IMG/VR virus record: IMGVR_UViG_3300044701_003572
Span: 22,379 to 86,378 of that record
DNA length: 64,000 nucleotides
DNA from: a virus
Reading direction: 5' to 3' (one strand)
A model generated the notes under the pieces. The model worked only from the letters and a program-made list of their open reading frames with translations, was not told the DNA's origin and did no database searches. The translations under genes were made by a program, and so were the position numbers. This document shows, piece after piece, positions 37,817-48,454 of the stretch. Positions within the stretch are counted from its first letter, which is position 1; each line of letters opens with the position of its first letter.

Positions 37817-38800
37817 ATGACACACGACTTTCAAAAAATACCTTTTCAAAATATAATTAAATTTGGACAGAGAACTATGTTAGAAAGACCTTTGTTCTCT
37901 GTAAGTTGGATATTAGGACGATTTTGTAATTATAGTTGTTCATATTGCTGGCCGTATGCAAGATCGGATAGAATTGATCACCAATCACTAGACATCTATA
38001 AAAATACAGTAGACGAAATTAAAAGACAAGCAAGACAGAATGGATTTACAGAGTTTCATTGGAGCTTCAGTGGTGGCGAACCAACGGCCTATAAACAACT
38101 ATTAGATCTAGCAAGACATTTAGAAAATGATTTAGAAAGTCCGTATCAGAGCATACATATGACTACCAATTTAAGTCCGGGAAGCAAATGGTGGAAAAAT
38201 TGGTCGAATACTACTGCTAATTTGCAGAGAAGAAGTATTACAGCAAGCTATCATTCTGAGTTCGCTAAAGAACAGGAATTTGGTGATAAATGCCTTCAGC
38301 TTATGTACGACAACGTATATGTTACAATCAATCAAGTAATGGTGCCGGATCAATTTTTTCAATTATACGAACGCTGTGAAAGACTGCATAAAAGAGGAAT
38401 CAATGTAACTCTGAAGCCTCAGAGTGATCCTACGGCCAGCGGCGTTGTAGATGGATATACCAAGGAAATGATTAACCTGATGCAGACAGGTTTTCCTCAG
38501 CAGGCCAACGCCGAAGAATTATATCAAATTGTACTTTATGATACTAATGATAAAGAGTATTTGTTTGATCAGGCAGAAAGATTTAACGCTTATGATTTTA
38601 ATAAGTTTCAAGGATGGCATTGTAATTCTGGATACCAAAGTGTTATAATTCGCAGCGATGAAGTAAAAAGATCCTATAGTTGTCATGATCAACTGTTAGG
38701 AACTTTAACAGAAGGATTTAATTTGTTTAATAAACCTCGACGCTGCATTACACCTAGTTGTGTAAGTTCAGCTGATAGTAAAGTACCAAAATGCAAATAG
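37817..38800 (+). CDS. radical SAM protein (C-terminal twitch-like Cys)
   Basis: CNYSCSYC, SGGEP, GWHCNSG...C...C. Confidence 0.9.
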   Translation: MTHDFQKIPFQNIIKFGQRTMLERPLFSVSWILGRFCNYSCSYCWPYARSDRIDHQSLDIYKNTVDEIKRQARQNGFTEFHWSFSGGEPTAYKQLLDLARHLENDLESPYQSIHMTTNLSPGSKWWKNWSNTTANLQRRSITASYHSEFAKEQEFGDKCLQLMYDNVYVTINQVMVPDQFFQLYERCERLHKRGINVTLKPQSDPTASGVVDGYTKEMINLMQTGFPQQANAEELYQIVLYDTNDKEYLFDQAERFNAYDFNKFQGWHCNSGYQSVIIRSDEVKRSYSCHDQLLGTLTEGFNLFNKPRRCITPSCVSSADSKVPKCK

Positions 38801-39399
38801 ATACAGAACATTTACATTACTGGATGCAGGCTATCCGGCAAAGCCCGAATCCTATGCGAACCATGGATGCATTCTGGAGAGGACAACTTAAAAGCAAAGA
38901 ATGGTTAATCGAAAATTTACGTAAGCACGTAAACAAATTTGTAACAGTAGATATTCACGGAGGATGGGTTGGAGTATTAGCTAGTATGTTGTTCCAGAGC
39001 GAAATTCCTATCATTAATATTCGTAGTATTGATATTGATCCAACGTGCGAACCTATCGCTGTTAATATGAATAAGATTGAAGAAATGGTAGGGAAGTTTC
39101 GAGCAGTCACTGCCGATATGTGTGTTATTAGCAGTAATGCAGATGTTATCATTAATACCAGCTGTGAACATATTACACAGTACGATTATGATACGTGGCT
39201 AAATGGTATTCCATCTAGCTCATTGCTTGTTTTACAAAGTAATAATTATCAAATTCCGGAGCACGTTCGAACAGCAAAAACATTAGATGAATTTAAAGAA
39301 CAATCTAATATTAACATATTGTGGTCCGGAGAACTAGAATTGCCCTTATACAACCGATATATGATCATTGGAAGAAAGAATGTTACCTTATCCACATAA
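38791..39399 (+). CDS. class I SAM-dependent methyltransferase-like protein
   Basis: IHGGWVG, SIDID, TADM and INTSCEH motifs. Confidence 0.65.
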   Translation: MQIDTEHLHYWMQAIRQSPNPMRTMDAFWRGQLKSKEWLIENLRKHVNKFVTVDIHGGWVGVLASMLFQSEIPIINIRSIDIDPTCEPIAVNMNKIEEMVGKFRAVTADMCVISSNADVIINTSCEHITQYDYDTWLNGIPSSSLLVLQSNNYQIPEHVRTAKTLDEFKEQSNINILWSGELELPLYNRYMIIGRKNVTLST

Positions 39400-40480
39400 T
39401 ATAAAATCAGTTCATATCGAATTAACTGACAAATGTCAAGCAGCCTGTCCTATGTGTTCGAGAAACGAGTTCGGCGGCAAAGAACGCAGTCATATTAAAA
39501 ATACTGAAATTACTTTAGAACAGTTTGTTCAATGGTTCCCTAGAGAATTCTTAATGAAACTTGATAGTTTTTATGCTTGTGGAAATAACGGAGACCCTTT
39601 ACTGGCTAAAGATTGTTTAGAAATATTCGAATATCTGGCTAATAACACTACTGATGATTGTAGACTTGCCATTCACACTAACGGAAGTTTGAGAAATAAA
39701 GAGTGGTGGACGAATCTTGCTAGAGTTCTGGGTAATAAAGGTTTGGTAGTTTTTGCTATCGATGGATTTAAAGGTCAGCATGAAATGTATAGGCGAAACA
39801 CTAGTTGGGATAAAATTATTGAGAATGCTAAGACATTTATAGCTGCTGGCGGCAAAGCAAGATCAGATACTTTGTTATTCAAACACAACGAAGATGAGGC
39901 AGAAAATCTAAAAGAATATCTACTTAGCATCGGGTTTGAAGAAGTTATTCTAAAACCAACACAAAGGTTTCACGGATTACCTCAGTTCCCAGTAAAAGAT
40001 CAATATGGTAACGTGGAATACTATATCGAAGGACCTACGAAACCGCAGTATAAAGAATACATTATGCAACCAAACATGGTTAAGTTAGTAGAAAAAGAAA
40101 CTTATAATGCTCTAATTAAAAATTCTGAAATTGATCCGAAGTGTCAAACTGGTCGAGACTTATTTGTTAATACTTTTGGTAATGTGTGGCCCTGCTGTTT
40201 TGTACAGGCATTAAATGTCACTGACGGACTTGACTGGCAAGGTGCCGAATATGTTATTAGGGAAAGATTAAGACTATCCGCTGTAGATGTAGCAGATGAT
40301 ATTGGTATTCCAAATTTGCACGGAACTAATATCGTTGATATTTTGAATTCTTGCGGTTGGGGCGAAAGTCTTCCTAAACATTATACCACTGATAAAAAAT
40401 TAGTTTGTGTTAAAAGTTGTTCTACAAACTTACGAAAGTTGGTTGAAGATAATAACAAACCTCAAATACAATACTGGTAA
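39380..40480 (+). CDS. radical SAM/SPASM protein
   Basis: CQAACPMC, GDP, HTNGS, PCC, CVKSC. Confidence 0.9.
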   Translation: MLPYPHNIKSVHIELTDKCQAACPMCSRNEFGGKERSHIKNTEITLEQFVQWFPREFLMKLDSFYACGNNGDPLLAKDCLEIFEYLANNTTDDCRLAIHTNGSLRNKEWWTNLARVLGNKGLVVFAIDGFKGQHEMYRRNTSWDKIIENAKTFIAAGGKARSDTLLFKHNEDEAENLKEYLLSIGFEEVILKPTQRFHGLPQFPVKDQYGNVEYYIEGPTKPQYKEYIMQPNMVKLVEKETYNALIKNSEIDPKCQTGRDLFVNTFGNVWPCCFVQALNVTDGLDWQGAEYVIRERLRLSAVDVADDIGIPNLHGTNIVDILNSCGWGESLPKHYTTDKKLVCVKSCSTNLRKLVEDNNKPQIQYW

Positions 40481-41142
40481 TCTAAAATAACACCTGCTCG
40501 GGTAATTGATTCAAAAGCACCTGTAAATGTATCTGGAGTCAGCGTGTTTAAATAAACTTCCTTTTCGCTGATTGCTTTGAAACCTGTAATTGTATTATTT
40601 TTTACACCTGCATTGATCAATGTCATAATCGGTGTGTACGCCAATTGCTTCCAATCATAGTCGCCTTCGATAATTTTAATTTTAAGAAAAGGATCTTGTT
40701 CGTTGTATCTCGGTAAAAGAACACGCACATTAAGATGTATTCTAGTTCGAGGTCCCCAATTTGCCGCAACGTGTATTTTGCCTGTGTTCATATACCATAG
40801 TTGTCCGTCGGCAGGCAGATGGTATAATTTGTTGTCAGTTATATCAACTAAAAAACTGTAAGGATTGGTAATAATAGCAAGATGTATTCGATCATCTGGA
40901 TCAGCGTGTGCAGTATATGACTCCGCAGATTCTAGTTTAAGAAGTCTAGCCTGCCCAATATTTCCTAAAGACTTTAATACCTCACCTAACGGAGTTGATT
41001 CAAACTCCGGCAAAATTATCCAAGGATCATGAAAGAAAGATCCAGAAGGTTTATTCAAGTCTAGACGTTTTTCAAATACCAAATCATCAACTTGTTGTAT
41101 AATGGGTTCTATAGAAAATTTTTGGTCGAGTTTAGTAAGCAT
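40462..41142 (-). CDS. Fe(II)/2OG oxygenase-like protein (Asp/Asn beta-hydroxylase-like)
   Basis: HAD...IHL...IHVAANWG..TRIHL. Confidence 0.65.
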   Translation of the reverse strand: MLTKLDQKFSIEPIIQQVDDLVFEKRLDLNKPSGSFFHDPWIILPEFESTPLGEVLKSLGNIGQARLLKLESAESYTAHADPDDRIHLAIITNPYSFLVDITDNKLYHLPADGQLWYMNTGKIHVAANWGPRTRIHLNVRVLLPRYNEQDPFLKIKIIEGDYDWKQLAYTPIMTLINAGVKNNTITGFKAISEKEVYLNTLTPDTFTGAFESITRAGVILDYQYCI

Positions 41143-41152
41143 AATTATACTT

Positions 41153-41875
41153 ATGAAAGTAGATATACCGTTTGATAATAATTGGAAAAGTGTTGCTATT
41201 GCGGTAAGTGGCGGCGCTGATAGCGCATTACTGACATTTCTAGTTTGTCAAACAGTAACAGAAAGAAATATTAATCCTTTTACTGTACACGTTATTAATA
41301 ACATTAGATGCTGGAAGACTAAGCCCTGGCAACAAAGCGATTTTAAAAAAGTTTATAATTGGTTAGTTCAACGATTTCCAAAAATTAATTTTCAAATACA
41401 CACAAATTTCGTACCTCCTGAACTAGAATGGGCCAATAAAGGTCCTAGCATTATCGATGAATACGGTAAGTTAGTCAGTGGAGACACACTAGAATTAAGA
41501 TCCTTTGCAGAATTTGTATGCATCAATCAGGATGTTGATGCATATTTCAATGGCGTTACACGAAATCCAAAAGGCGTTGATTTTCAGGGAATGCATACTA
41601 GAGATATAGAACCTACCGAAGAAAATCGTCATCTTAAACTAATGATACATATGGGAAAACTGGTATCGCATCCTTTTAGATTTTTAGATAAAAGTTGGAT
41701 AATTAAAAAGTATTATGAATTAGAGCTAGAGGATCTACTTAATACCACTAGAAGCTGCGAAGGAACTGTTCCAGGTTTAGATTATACTAATTATAAACCT
41801 TATCAATATGTTCCGGTGTGTGGAGAATGTTTCTGGTGTAAGGAACGAGAGTGGGGAATTAAATGTCAAGATTAA
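41153..41875 (+). CDS. QueC-like PP-loop ATPase
   Basis: SGGADS PP-loop; TRSC...CGECFWCKER Zn site; start MKVDIP. Confidence 0.65.
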   Translation: MKVDIPFDNNWKSVAIAVSGGADSALLTFLVCQTVTERNINPFTVHVINNIRCWKTKPWQQSDFKKVYNWLVQRFPKINFQIHTNFVPPELEWANKGPSIIDEYGKLVSGDTLELRSFAEFVCINQDVDAYFNGVTRNPKGVDFQGMHTRDIEPTEENRHLKLMIHMGKLVSHPFRFLDKSWIIKKYYELELEDLLNTTRSCEGTVPGLDYTNYKPYQYVPVCGECFWCKEREWGIKCQD

Positions 41876-42495
41876 TTACATTTGGGTGTTCATATACATT
41901 TGGACATGGTTTACCCGACTGTCTAGATCAAGAAGTTGATGGTTGTAGAATACCTCCAGAAACTGCTAGTAATCTAGGTTGGCCAGTTATTCTAGCAAAC
42001 AAAATGAATAGAACACTGATAAACGTGTCTAGGCCAGGATCTAGTAATTTAGAAATACTATATTCTATATTAAGTTTTGATTTTCAATCAACCGATCAAA
42101 TTGTTGTTATGTGGTCACATAACATTCGAGATATTATCTTTACTGAGGATGATATGAACCCATTATTACGTTTACGACTAGGACCTTGGAGTAACGAACG
42201 ATATGCACAGCAATGGGTATTAAAGGTAACTGAAAGAGATTATTGTTTAAAGACCTGGATATATATTCAACATTCTGATTTATTTTTTGAAAAGAAAAAT
42301 ATTAAATGGCTTCATTATCCGGCAGCGCCTCACGAATTATTAGAATTTAAATTTAATTTTATCAATTCTGATCATATTTGTTTCGACGGATTTAAAATAG
42401 TCGATGATGCTGAAGATAATAAACATCCAGGTTTGAAAACCCAACAATTAATAGCCGACAAGATTTACAACCAATTGTATGAACAATCAAAGTAA
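41863..42495 (+). CDS. SGNH/GDSL-like hydrolase or acyltransferase
   Basis: FGCSYT, GSSN and DNKHPG motifs. Confidence 0.6.
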   Translation: MSRLITFGCSYTFGHGLPDCLDQEVDGCRIPPETASNLGWPVILANKMNRTLINVSRPGSSNLEILYSILSFDFQSTDQIVVMWSHNIRDIIFTEDDMNPLLRLRLGPWSNERYAQQWVLKVTERDYCLKTWIYIQHSDLFFEKKNIKWLHYPAAPHELLEFKFNFINSDHICFDGFKIVDDAEDNKHPGLKTQQLIADKIYNQLYEQSK

Positions 42496-43744
42496 AACAT
42501 TTTGTATACATCCTTTCACAGGATTGGCAACACGAGAAGACGGTGCAGTCAAGGTCTGCTGCCGTAGTCAGCCTGTGGGTTGGATACAAGAACAGAGCAT
42601 AGAAGATATTTGGAACAGCGAAACTATATGTGAAGTTCGCAGGCAAGTGCTCTGCGGTGAGCGTCCTGAAGTCTGCAAACCCTGTTTTGATCTAGAAGAT
42701 CAAGGTGTAGAAAGTCTGCGCCAACGACACATCAATGGCGTCATACCTGAATCAAGAATTAATTTATATCCCAACGCACTAGATAGCCTACGTGAAGATT
42801 ACACAATGCCGTTTGAATTTCCTACAATGGAAATTAAACTTAATAATCTCTGTAATTTAAAATGCAGAATGTGCAATCCGTTAGATAGTACTAGCTGGAA
42901 AGACTGGGATTATGTCAAACCTTTTTATGAAAAAGAAAATAACTACCTTGTTCCCACAGTGGCCAAGTTGGTGCGTACTCCCGGACAGTACATTGGTCCT
43001 TTTGATGACACTGAAAACTGGTGGGTTAGTTTCGAAAAACTTTTGCCATATTTTCGTAGAGTAGAGTTTGCGGGAGGAGAACCTTTGATGGATCCGCAGC
43101 ACTATAAGATCTTAGATATGTTAAAGCCTTACGCTAAAAACATAGAAATCAAGTATGCTACTAACGGCACTACGTTAGGTATAAGTCGAGATAGAACTAT
43201 TCACGACTACTGGCCATATTTTAAATCTGTAGCAGTGAATGTTAGTCTTGATGGTATACATAGTGTATATGATTATATTCGTACCAATAGCAACTTTGCA
43301 GAAGTCGAAAAGAACATCAAAGAAATACAGACAATACCAAATGTCAGTAGAGTAGTAGGGGCATTTACTGCACAGGCTGGAAATATTTTACAGGCAGCAG
43401 AGTGTATCGATTATTTTATCAATGAAATGAACATAGTATTCTACAGCCATCGTGTAAGTTATCCTAATGTACTATCGGCCCAAGTACTACCGCAGGAATT
43501 AAAAGACTTAGCCATCAGCAGATTGCAGACAGTATCTAACAGAATTTGTACATTCCCTAACATAGAAAAATATCCTATTCTAGAAAAAATTACCCAACAA
43601 CAAATTAAAGATAATATCAACTATCTGCGAGCCAGGGATCAAAGTCATTTATGGCAAGATTTTTTAGAATTTAATCGTAAATTAGATACTACAAGAAATC
43701 AAAATTTATTAGAGGCTGTACCGGAGTTTACTGCATATGTATAA
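42479..43744 (+). CDS. radical SAM protein with N-terminal twitch/SPASM-like domain
   Basis: FCIHPF..CC..CKPC, then CNLKCRMC and AGGEP. Confidence 0.9.
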   Translation: MNNQSKTFCIHPFTGLATREDGAVKVCCRSQPVGWIQEQSIEDIWNSETICEVRRQVLCGERPEVCKPCFDLEDQGVESLRQRHINGVIPESRINLYPNALDSLREDYTMPFEFPTMEIKLNNLCNLKCRMCNPLDSTSWKDWDYVKPFYEKENNYLVPTVAKLVRTPGQYIGPFDDTENWWVSFEKLLPYFRRVEFAGGEPLMDPQHYKILDMLKPYAKNIEIKYATNGTTLGISRDRTIHDYWPYFKSVAVNVSLDGIHSVYDYIRTNSNFAEVEKNIKEIQTIPNVSRVVGAFTAQAGNILQAAECIDYFINEMNIVFYSHRVSYPNVLSAQVLPQELKDLAISRLQTVSNRICTFPNIEKYPILEKITQQQIKDNINYLRARDQSHLWQDFLEFNRKLDTTRNQNLLEAVPEFTAYV

Positions 43745-44636
43745 GGTTACTTCAGCTTGGCCTCACCAAGATCAGCTTAAAGTAGAATGGAATCTAGGTA
43801 AACGCTGTAACTACGATTGCAGTTATTGTCCTTCTGAGATACACGATAATGTTAGTCCCCATACAGATATCAATCTTTTAGAGAGAGCAGTGGATAGACT
43901 CTGCGAAATAGGCAAGCCTTTACGCATCAGTTTAACGGGTGGCGAACCTTGCGTTCACCCCGACATAGAAGATCTTTTAGATTATTTTAAGAGAAAAGAC
44001 ATATTTTGGGTCAACTTAACTACTAATGGAACTAGGGGTTATCGTTGGTATTTAGATCATGAAATGTTTTACAATCACATAGTATTCAGTCTGCATTTTG
44101 AACAAGACTGGCATAGAATTTTTGATACAATATTAAAATATTATGATACTACCGAGAGAGATTTTTTTGTGAATGTAATGGCACATCACAAGTATATGCA
44201 TAATGTCAAGACTGTAGTCAAGAAGTTTGACGAATTAGGAATTAAATATGCCGTTCGTAGAATACGATGGACCGAAGGCGATCATAATGTATTCGATGAT
44301 CTTAAATACGACGGACAAGACCTACAGTGGATATTGAATAAAGACGCTACAGCTAAACCTAATTGCCGTATAGACGATGAAAAAATCATTCATTCTAACG
44401 ATGTAATCAAACAACATTTAAATCAATTTAAAGGGTGGCGGTGCAATGCTGGACTTGAAAGCCTAATGATTAATTGGGACGGTGATGTACATCGTGCAAC
44501 CTGTCGAGTTGGCGGAAGTTTGGGCAACATCTACCAAGGTACTTTTGCAGTCCCGCAACAGCCCATCGAGTGTACTAGAGATTGGTGTACCTGTGCAGCA
44601 GATATACCTCTGACGAAGGTGAAGACGATTGAATAA
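43737..44636 (+). CDS. radical SAM protein
   Basis: CNYDCSYC, TGGEP, GWRCNAG...C..C.C. Confidence 0.9.
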   Translation: MYKVTSAWPHQDQLKVEWNLGKRCNYDCSYCPSEIHDNVSPHTDINLLERAVDRLCEIGKPLRISLTGGEPCVHPDIEDLLDYFKRKDIFWVNLTTNGTRGYRWYLDHEMFYNHIVFSLHFEQDWHRIFDTILKYYDTTERDFFVNVMAHHKYMHNVKTVVKKFDELGIKYAVRRIRWTEGDHNVFDDLKYDGQDLQWILNKDATAKPNCRIDDEKIIHSNDVIKQHLNQFKGWRCNAGLESLMINWDGDVHRATCRVGGSLGNIYQGTFAVPQQPIECTRDWCTCAADIPLTKVKTIE

Positions 44637-45597
44637 TTTTCTTAGTGAGATTACTTTCTGGTTGACACCAACAACTTAATTTAGAGCAAGTAGTTGACCT
44701 AAGAGCTGGTTTGAAATTTTCTATAAAATCTTTATCTCTAATATTATATTGAAAATCTAAATTATAAAGATTGTTTCCGCAAGCGCCTGTTAAATTTCCA
44801 TTTTTGTCTATGAACAGACTATCAATGCCTAGGTTACAGTCCCAACCATAGAAATTATTGATCTTCTTCAGTATGATTTCGTTGTTTTTAACATTAATCT
44901 TACTGCCGTCTTCGGTAACTACACTAGTTTTTAACAAAGTATGTTTGTTATTGATTAGGAACCAAAAAGGATTAGCCTGACGCAGTCTATGTTTCTTTAG
45001 TATTTCTTTTTGTTCTTCGTTGTAATTTATAGTACTATGATAGATCTCTTGTATATCTATACCCCATCTACGTTGGCTTTTCTTAAGGCGTTTTACTAAA
45101 TCCATGCATTTGTCCCAATGATTAGGATCCATTAATACCAGACCTGTGATAATTACCCGTTGGTCATATAGACAATCGGCAACTTTGATAAAGTGATCTA
45201 CATCCACACTCTCATGATGACAACTAAGTATAACCTTATCCATATACTTGCCATATTGTTCCCACCAGCGTAGTGTTCTAGATCCGTTAGAACTCATACT
45301 GAATATACAATCAAAGTTATCTTTAAAATGTTGTATGAAGCGTCCGAACTCTGGCCACATAGTGGGTTCGCCGCCTATGATGTGTAATTCAAAAGTTTTT
45401 TTATCTAGATTTTTAATGTAGTAATTTAATAAGTGTTCTAAATTTTTAACAAACAAATCATATTCGGGCCACCGATGTGTGCCTTCATTGCTACCTGGAA
45501 AACAATACCAACATTTGTAATTACAGGTATTGCCTAGCATGATTTCAATCCGTAATTTATTTTCAGGCCAACGGTGTTTAACTTCTACAATTTTCAT
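44575..45597 (-). CDS. radical SAM protein
   Basis: CNYKCWYC, GGEP, GWDCNLG...C...CWC. Confidence 0.9.
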   Translation of the reverse strand: MKIVEVKHRWPENKLRIEIMLGNTCNYKCWYCFPGSNEGTHRWPEYDLFVKNLEHLLNYYIKNLDKKTFELHIIGGEPTMWPEFGRFIQHFKDNFDCIFSMSSNGSRTLRWWEQYGKYMDKVILSCHHESVDVDHFIKVADCLYDQRVIITGLVLMDPNHWDKCMDLVKRLKKSQRRWGIDIQEIYHSTINYNEEQKEILKKHRLRQANPFWFLINNKHTLLKTSVVTEDGSKINVKNNEIILKKINNFYGWDCNLGIDSLFIDKNGNLTGACGNNLYNLDFQYNIRDKDFIENFKPALRSTTCSKLSCWCQPESNLTKKIIQSSSPSSEVYLLHRYTNL

Positions 45598-46979
45598 ACT
45601 AGATGTGACAGCTCTGGAAATATTGATTGAAAGCTTGTGCCTCTAATCTCATCTAGATTATTGATATATTCTTTAAATGCAGGTAATTGATCTGTGTGAT
45701 CTTCTGCATCCATAAAATCTAATACAGCTTGCCAACGACGCCAACCGTAGGGATTGTCCTTCCAATAGTCTTCGTCTTGCCGGTAATTTTCGTGTAACCA
45801 GTTAGATAGCTCTGCGAATTTTCTGCGAACTTCGACTTTGTCTTCGGAGGGTAGACAATGTATGCTTAAAAATGTTGGTATGTACAATAGGTGCATATTG
45901 AAGATCCCACCACCCATCTGTACATTGCCCGGTACTAGGCCCAGATTAATTTTCTTAAAATTTTGTTGTACTTTCCAACGAGCAAAGTCTGGCAAGTGTT
46001 TGATATTCAATATCTGTATAGCAGTGGCTATACTAACTTGTACGTTGTCTGGTGTTCGATCTAACTTGTGTAGATTTTCTACAATAGTTGCCCACTCACT
46101 AGGATATCTAATATACCAATTGCGTTGATCTGTAGCATCTAAACTAACAGCAAATTTAACTCTATTAAAAGGCTTCCATAGTTCTAGAATTTCATCATCT
46201 AATAAGAGTGCATTACTATTATAACGAATTAAAATTTGATCAGCATAACCCTGTCTAATGATTTCTTCCAAGAAAAGTTTATGCTCCTTGATCATTAAGG
46301 GTTCACCACCTGCGAAATACACCTGTTTTAGATTAGGTATCTGAGCATACATCTCTTTCCAGAAGTCCGGATTCTCATACCAAGTGTTGTTAAATTTATC
46401 ACTGTTCCATTCCATCTGTTCAGCAACAATAGGTATGGTAGTTTTTTTCATTAATTTTTCGTAATCTTGTACCCAACGACTGCTGTCGTGAGGCGAACAC
46501 ATTACACATTTTAGATTACAGGTGTGTCCTAATCTTAAATCTAGATAAGTGAGTTTATCCGGTATCGTTCCGTCTTTTTTAGTTTGACGAACTAGCTCTT
46601 CTAAATCGATACCGTCATTCATCCACGTATAAGTTTCCCAGAGCCTTTTACTAATTACACCTTGATCTTCTTCACTTATACATTTACCACAACTGGCAGG
46701 TATTTTACCTTCCAACATAGTTAGACGTACATCTCTCATGTATTGATTATTCCACGCCTCTAAAGGTTTACTAATACCAAAATTTGCAGGTACGCCCTTT
46801 TCATTCTTTACTAAACCTACACCATGATCTGTGCCGGCACCGCTGGCATTGGCTGAACAACAAAGCCGCATATCACCATTAGGCCTTGTGGCAAAATGAA
46901 TCCAAGGCAATATACAAAAGGTGCGACTGCCTGTTTTTTGTTCGAGAAGTTGGTAAAACTTTTTTTTATCGTTATTCAT
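45594..46979 (-). CDS. radical SAM protein with N-terminal twitch/SPASM-like domain
   Basis: FCILPW..CC..CGKC, then CNLKCVMC and AGGEP. Confidence 0.9.
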   Translation of the reverse strand: MNNDKKKFYQLLEQKTGSRTFCILPWIHFATRPNGDMRLCCSANASGAGTDHGVGLVKNEKGVPANFGISKPLEAWNNQYMRDVRLTMLEGKIPASCGKCISEEDQGVISKRLWETYTWMNDGIDLEELVRQTKKDGTIPDKLTYLDLRLGHTCNLKCVMCSPHDSSRWVQDYEKLMKKTTIPIVAEQMEWNSDKFNNTWYENPDFWKEMYAQIPNLKQVYFAGGEPLMIKEHKLFLEEIIRQGYADQILIRYNSNALLLDDEILELWKPFNRVKFAVSLDATDQRNWYIRYPSEWATIVENLHKLDRTPDNVQVSIATAIQILNIKHLPDFARWKVQQNFKKINLGLVPGNVQMGGGIFNMHLLYIPTFLSIHCLPSEDKVEVRRKFAELSNWLHENYRQDEDYWKDNPYGWRRWQAVLDFMDAEDHTDQLPAFKEYINNLDEIRGTSFQSIFPELSHLV

Positions 46980-48454
46980 TTACAGTTAAACTTTTTTTCT
47001 TTATATTCATTAATATGCTTATCTCTATTATAGCATTTAATTTCTTGATTGTCTTGATGAAAACCAATATTAAATGCCGTATCAAAATCTACACCATTCA
47101 ACAACATTTCGTTACCAATGTTCCAAATACCCTGTTTGAAATCGTACTTATTTGAATTAGTCCACCAGTGATTACATAGTTCTACAGCATCGAATATATC
47201 CAAATGTTCTGTGCTCCATAGCAACTGTTTGTCTAATCCCCATTTAAAAAACATCTGTCTGATACTTTCTGGAAACAAATCTACAGTTCTATCTGTAATA
47301 CTAAATCCTTTTTCACGCCACTTGAGGCTGAACTCCGAAGGATTGTGATCATCCATAGGTATAATTAAAGGATTAACAGCCATAGCCTCGCCCTGCCAAT
47401 TATCAATCAACCATTGGAAACCACGATGAGTACTTTCTTTAGTTTCGTGAGGTAAACCAACTATAAGACTTACCTCTCCTCTGTAAGGACCTTGTTGTTT
47501 AAAATACTTTCTTATTTCTACTAGCCCAGGTAACAATCTATCTGGATGCATTCCTTTGCCGATGCTTTTAGCACTTTCATAATTCGTACTTTCTATACCG
47601 TAGAACTGCCCAAACAATCTCATTCTAGCAATATGTTCTAAGTCTTGCGGGCGCGATACCATTAGATCGGCTCTAAGAAATCCGCTGAAAAAAGGTTGAA
47701 AGTTTAGTCTATCAACAACATCAGCAAACTTGATTAATTTTTCTGTGCGATCATTGATAGTTTCGTCTGCTACATAATAGTTTTTTATACCGTAGCGTTC
47801 GTAGGTAGTTCGTAATTCTCGTTCAAAATCTTCAGCATCTCGACTGTAGTCTCCTTTAACACCTAGAACAGGAAAATTACAGAAGTCGCATTTAAATTTA
47901 CAACCTCGTCCTAGCTCTATTCCTAACCATTCGTTAGATAAAAGAAAGTCTCTGTCCTCGTATTCTATTAATAGAGATCTCATAGGAAATGATGGATAAA
48001 ATTGATTGGCTTTGATAACCTTTTTATTGCCTAAATACTTTGCATCAAAGGATATTTTATTGCTGTTGCCGGTTAGATACTTGGTTAACTCTAACATAGC
48101 GTTCTCGCCAAACCCATCTACCCAGTAATCAATATTCTTAGCTGGAGTAGTCATTAGGTCCTGACCGCCTATGACTGTCTTTAGGTGAGGCCACTCTGTT
48201 TTTAACCAAGAGGCATATTGTTCAAGAGTATCTGACCAAGCATTAAAAAAACTACTAAACCCTACAAATACAGTTTTTGATGTAATTCTAGATTTACTTA
48301 ATTCTTTTAACTCGTCTAAAGTCCAGGACATACCGAAGTCAATAACTTCTACGTCCCATTCGTGTTGCCTTAGCCAAGTTGCTATTCTATATACTCCTAC
48401 TCCTCTTCTAATTAAAACAGAATTTACATGGAATAGTAGAGCATGATTACTCAT
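46976..48454 (-). CDS. cobalamin-binding (class B-like) radical SAM protein
   Basis: N-terminal VGFS...IGG B12-binding-like domain; GRGCKFKCDFC; DET; GIES; GLPHET. Confidence 0.8.
   Translation of the reverse strand: MSNHALLFHVNSVLIRRGVGVYRIATWLRQHEWDVEVIDFGMSWTLDELKELSKSRITSKTVFVGFSSFFNAWSDTLEQYASWLKTEWPHLKTVIGGQDLMTTPAKNIDYWVDGFGENAMLELTKYLTGNSNKISFDAKYLGNKKVIKANQFYPSFPMRSLLIEYEDRDFLLSNEWLGIELGRGCKFKCDFCNFPVLGVKGDYSRDAEDFERELRTTYERYGIKNYYVADETINDRTEKLIKFADVVDRLNFQPFFSGFLRADLMVSRPQDLEHIARMRLFGQFYGIESTNYESAKSIGKGMHPDRLLPGLVEIRKYFKQQGPYRGEVSLIVGLPHETKESTHRGFQWLIDNWQGEAMAVNPLIIPMDDHNPSEFSLKWREKGFSITDRTVDLFPESIRQMFFKWGLDKQLLWSTEHLDIFDAVELCNHWWTNSNKYDFKQGIWNIGNEMLLNGVDFDTAFNIGFHQDNQEIKCYNRDKHINEYKEKKFNCK

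Noticed and set aside
37628-37849. 73 aa ORF in the track
   Set aside because: It overlaps the tRNA-like gene and its promoter; likely spurious.
37817-38800. QueE assignment for this or any other island rSAM
   Set aside because: They lack the QueE-type N-terminal QGEG / F(V/I)R..GC signature and carry extra Cys domains.
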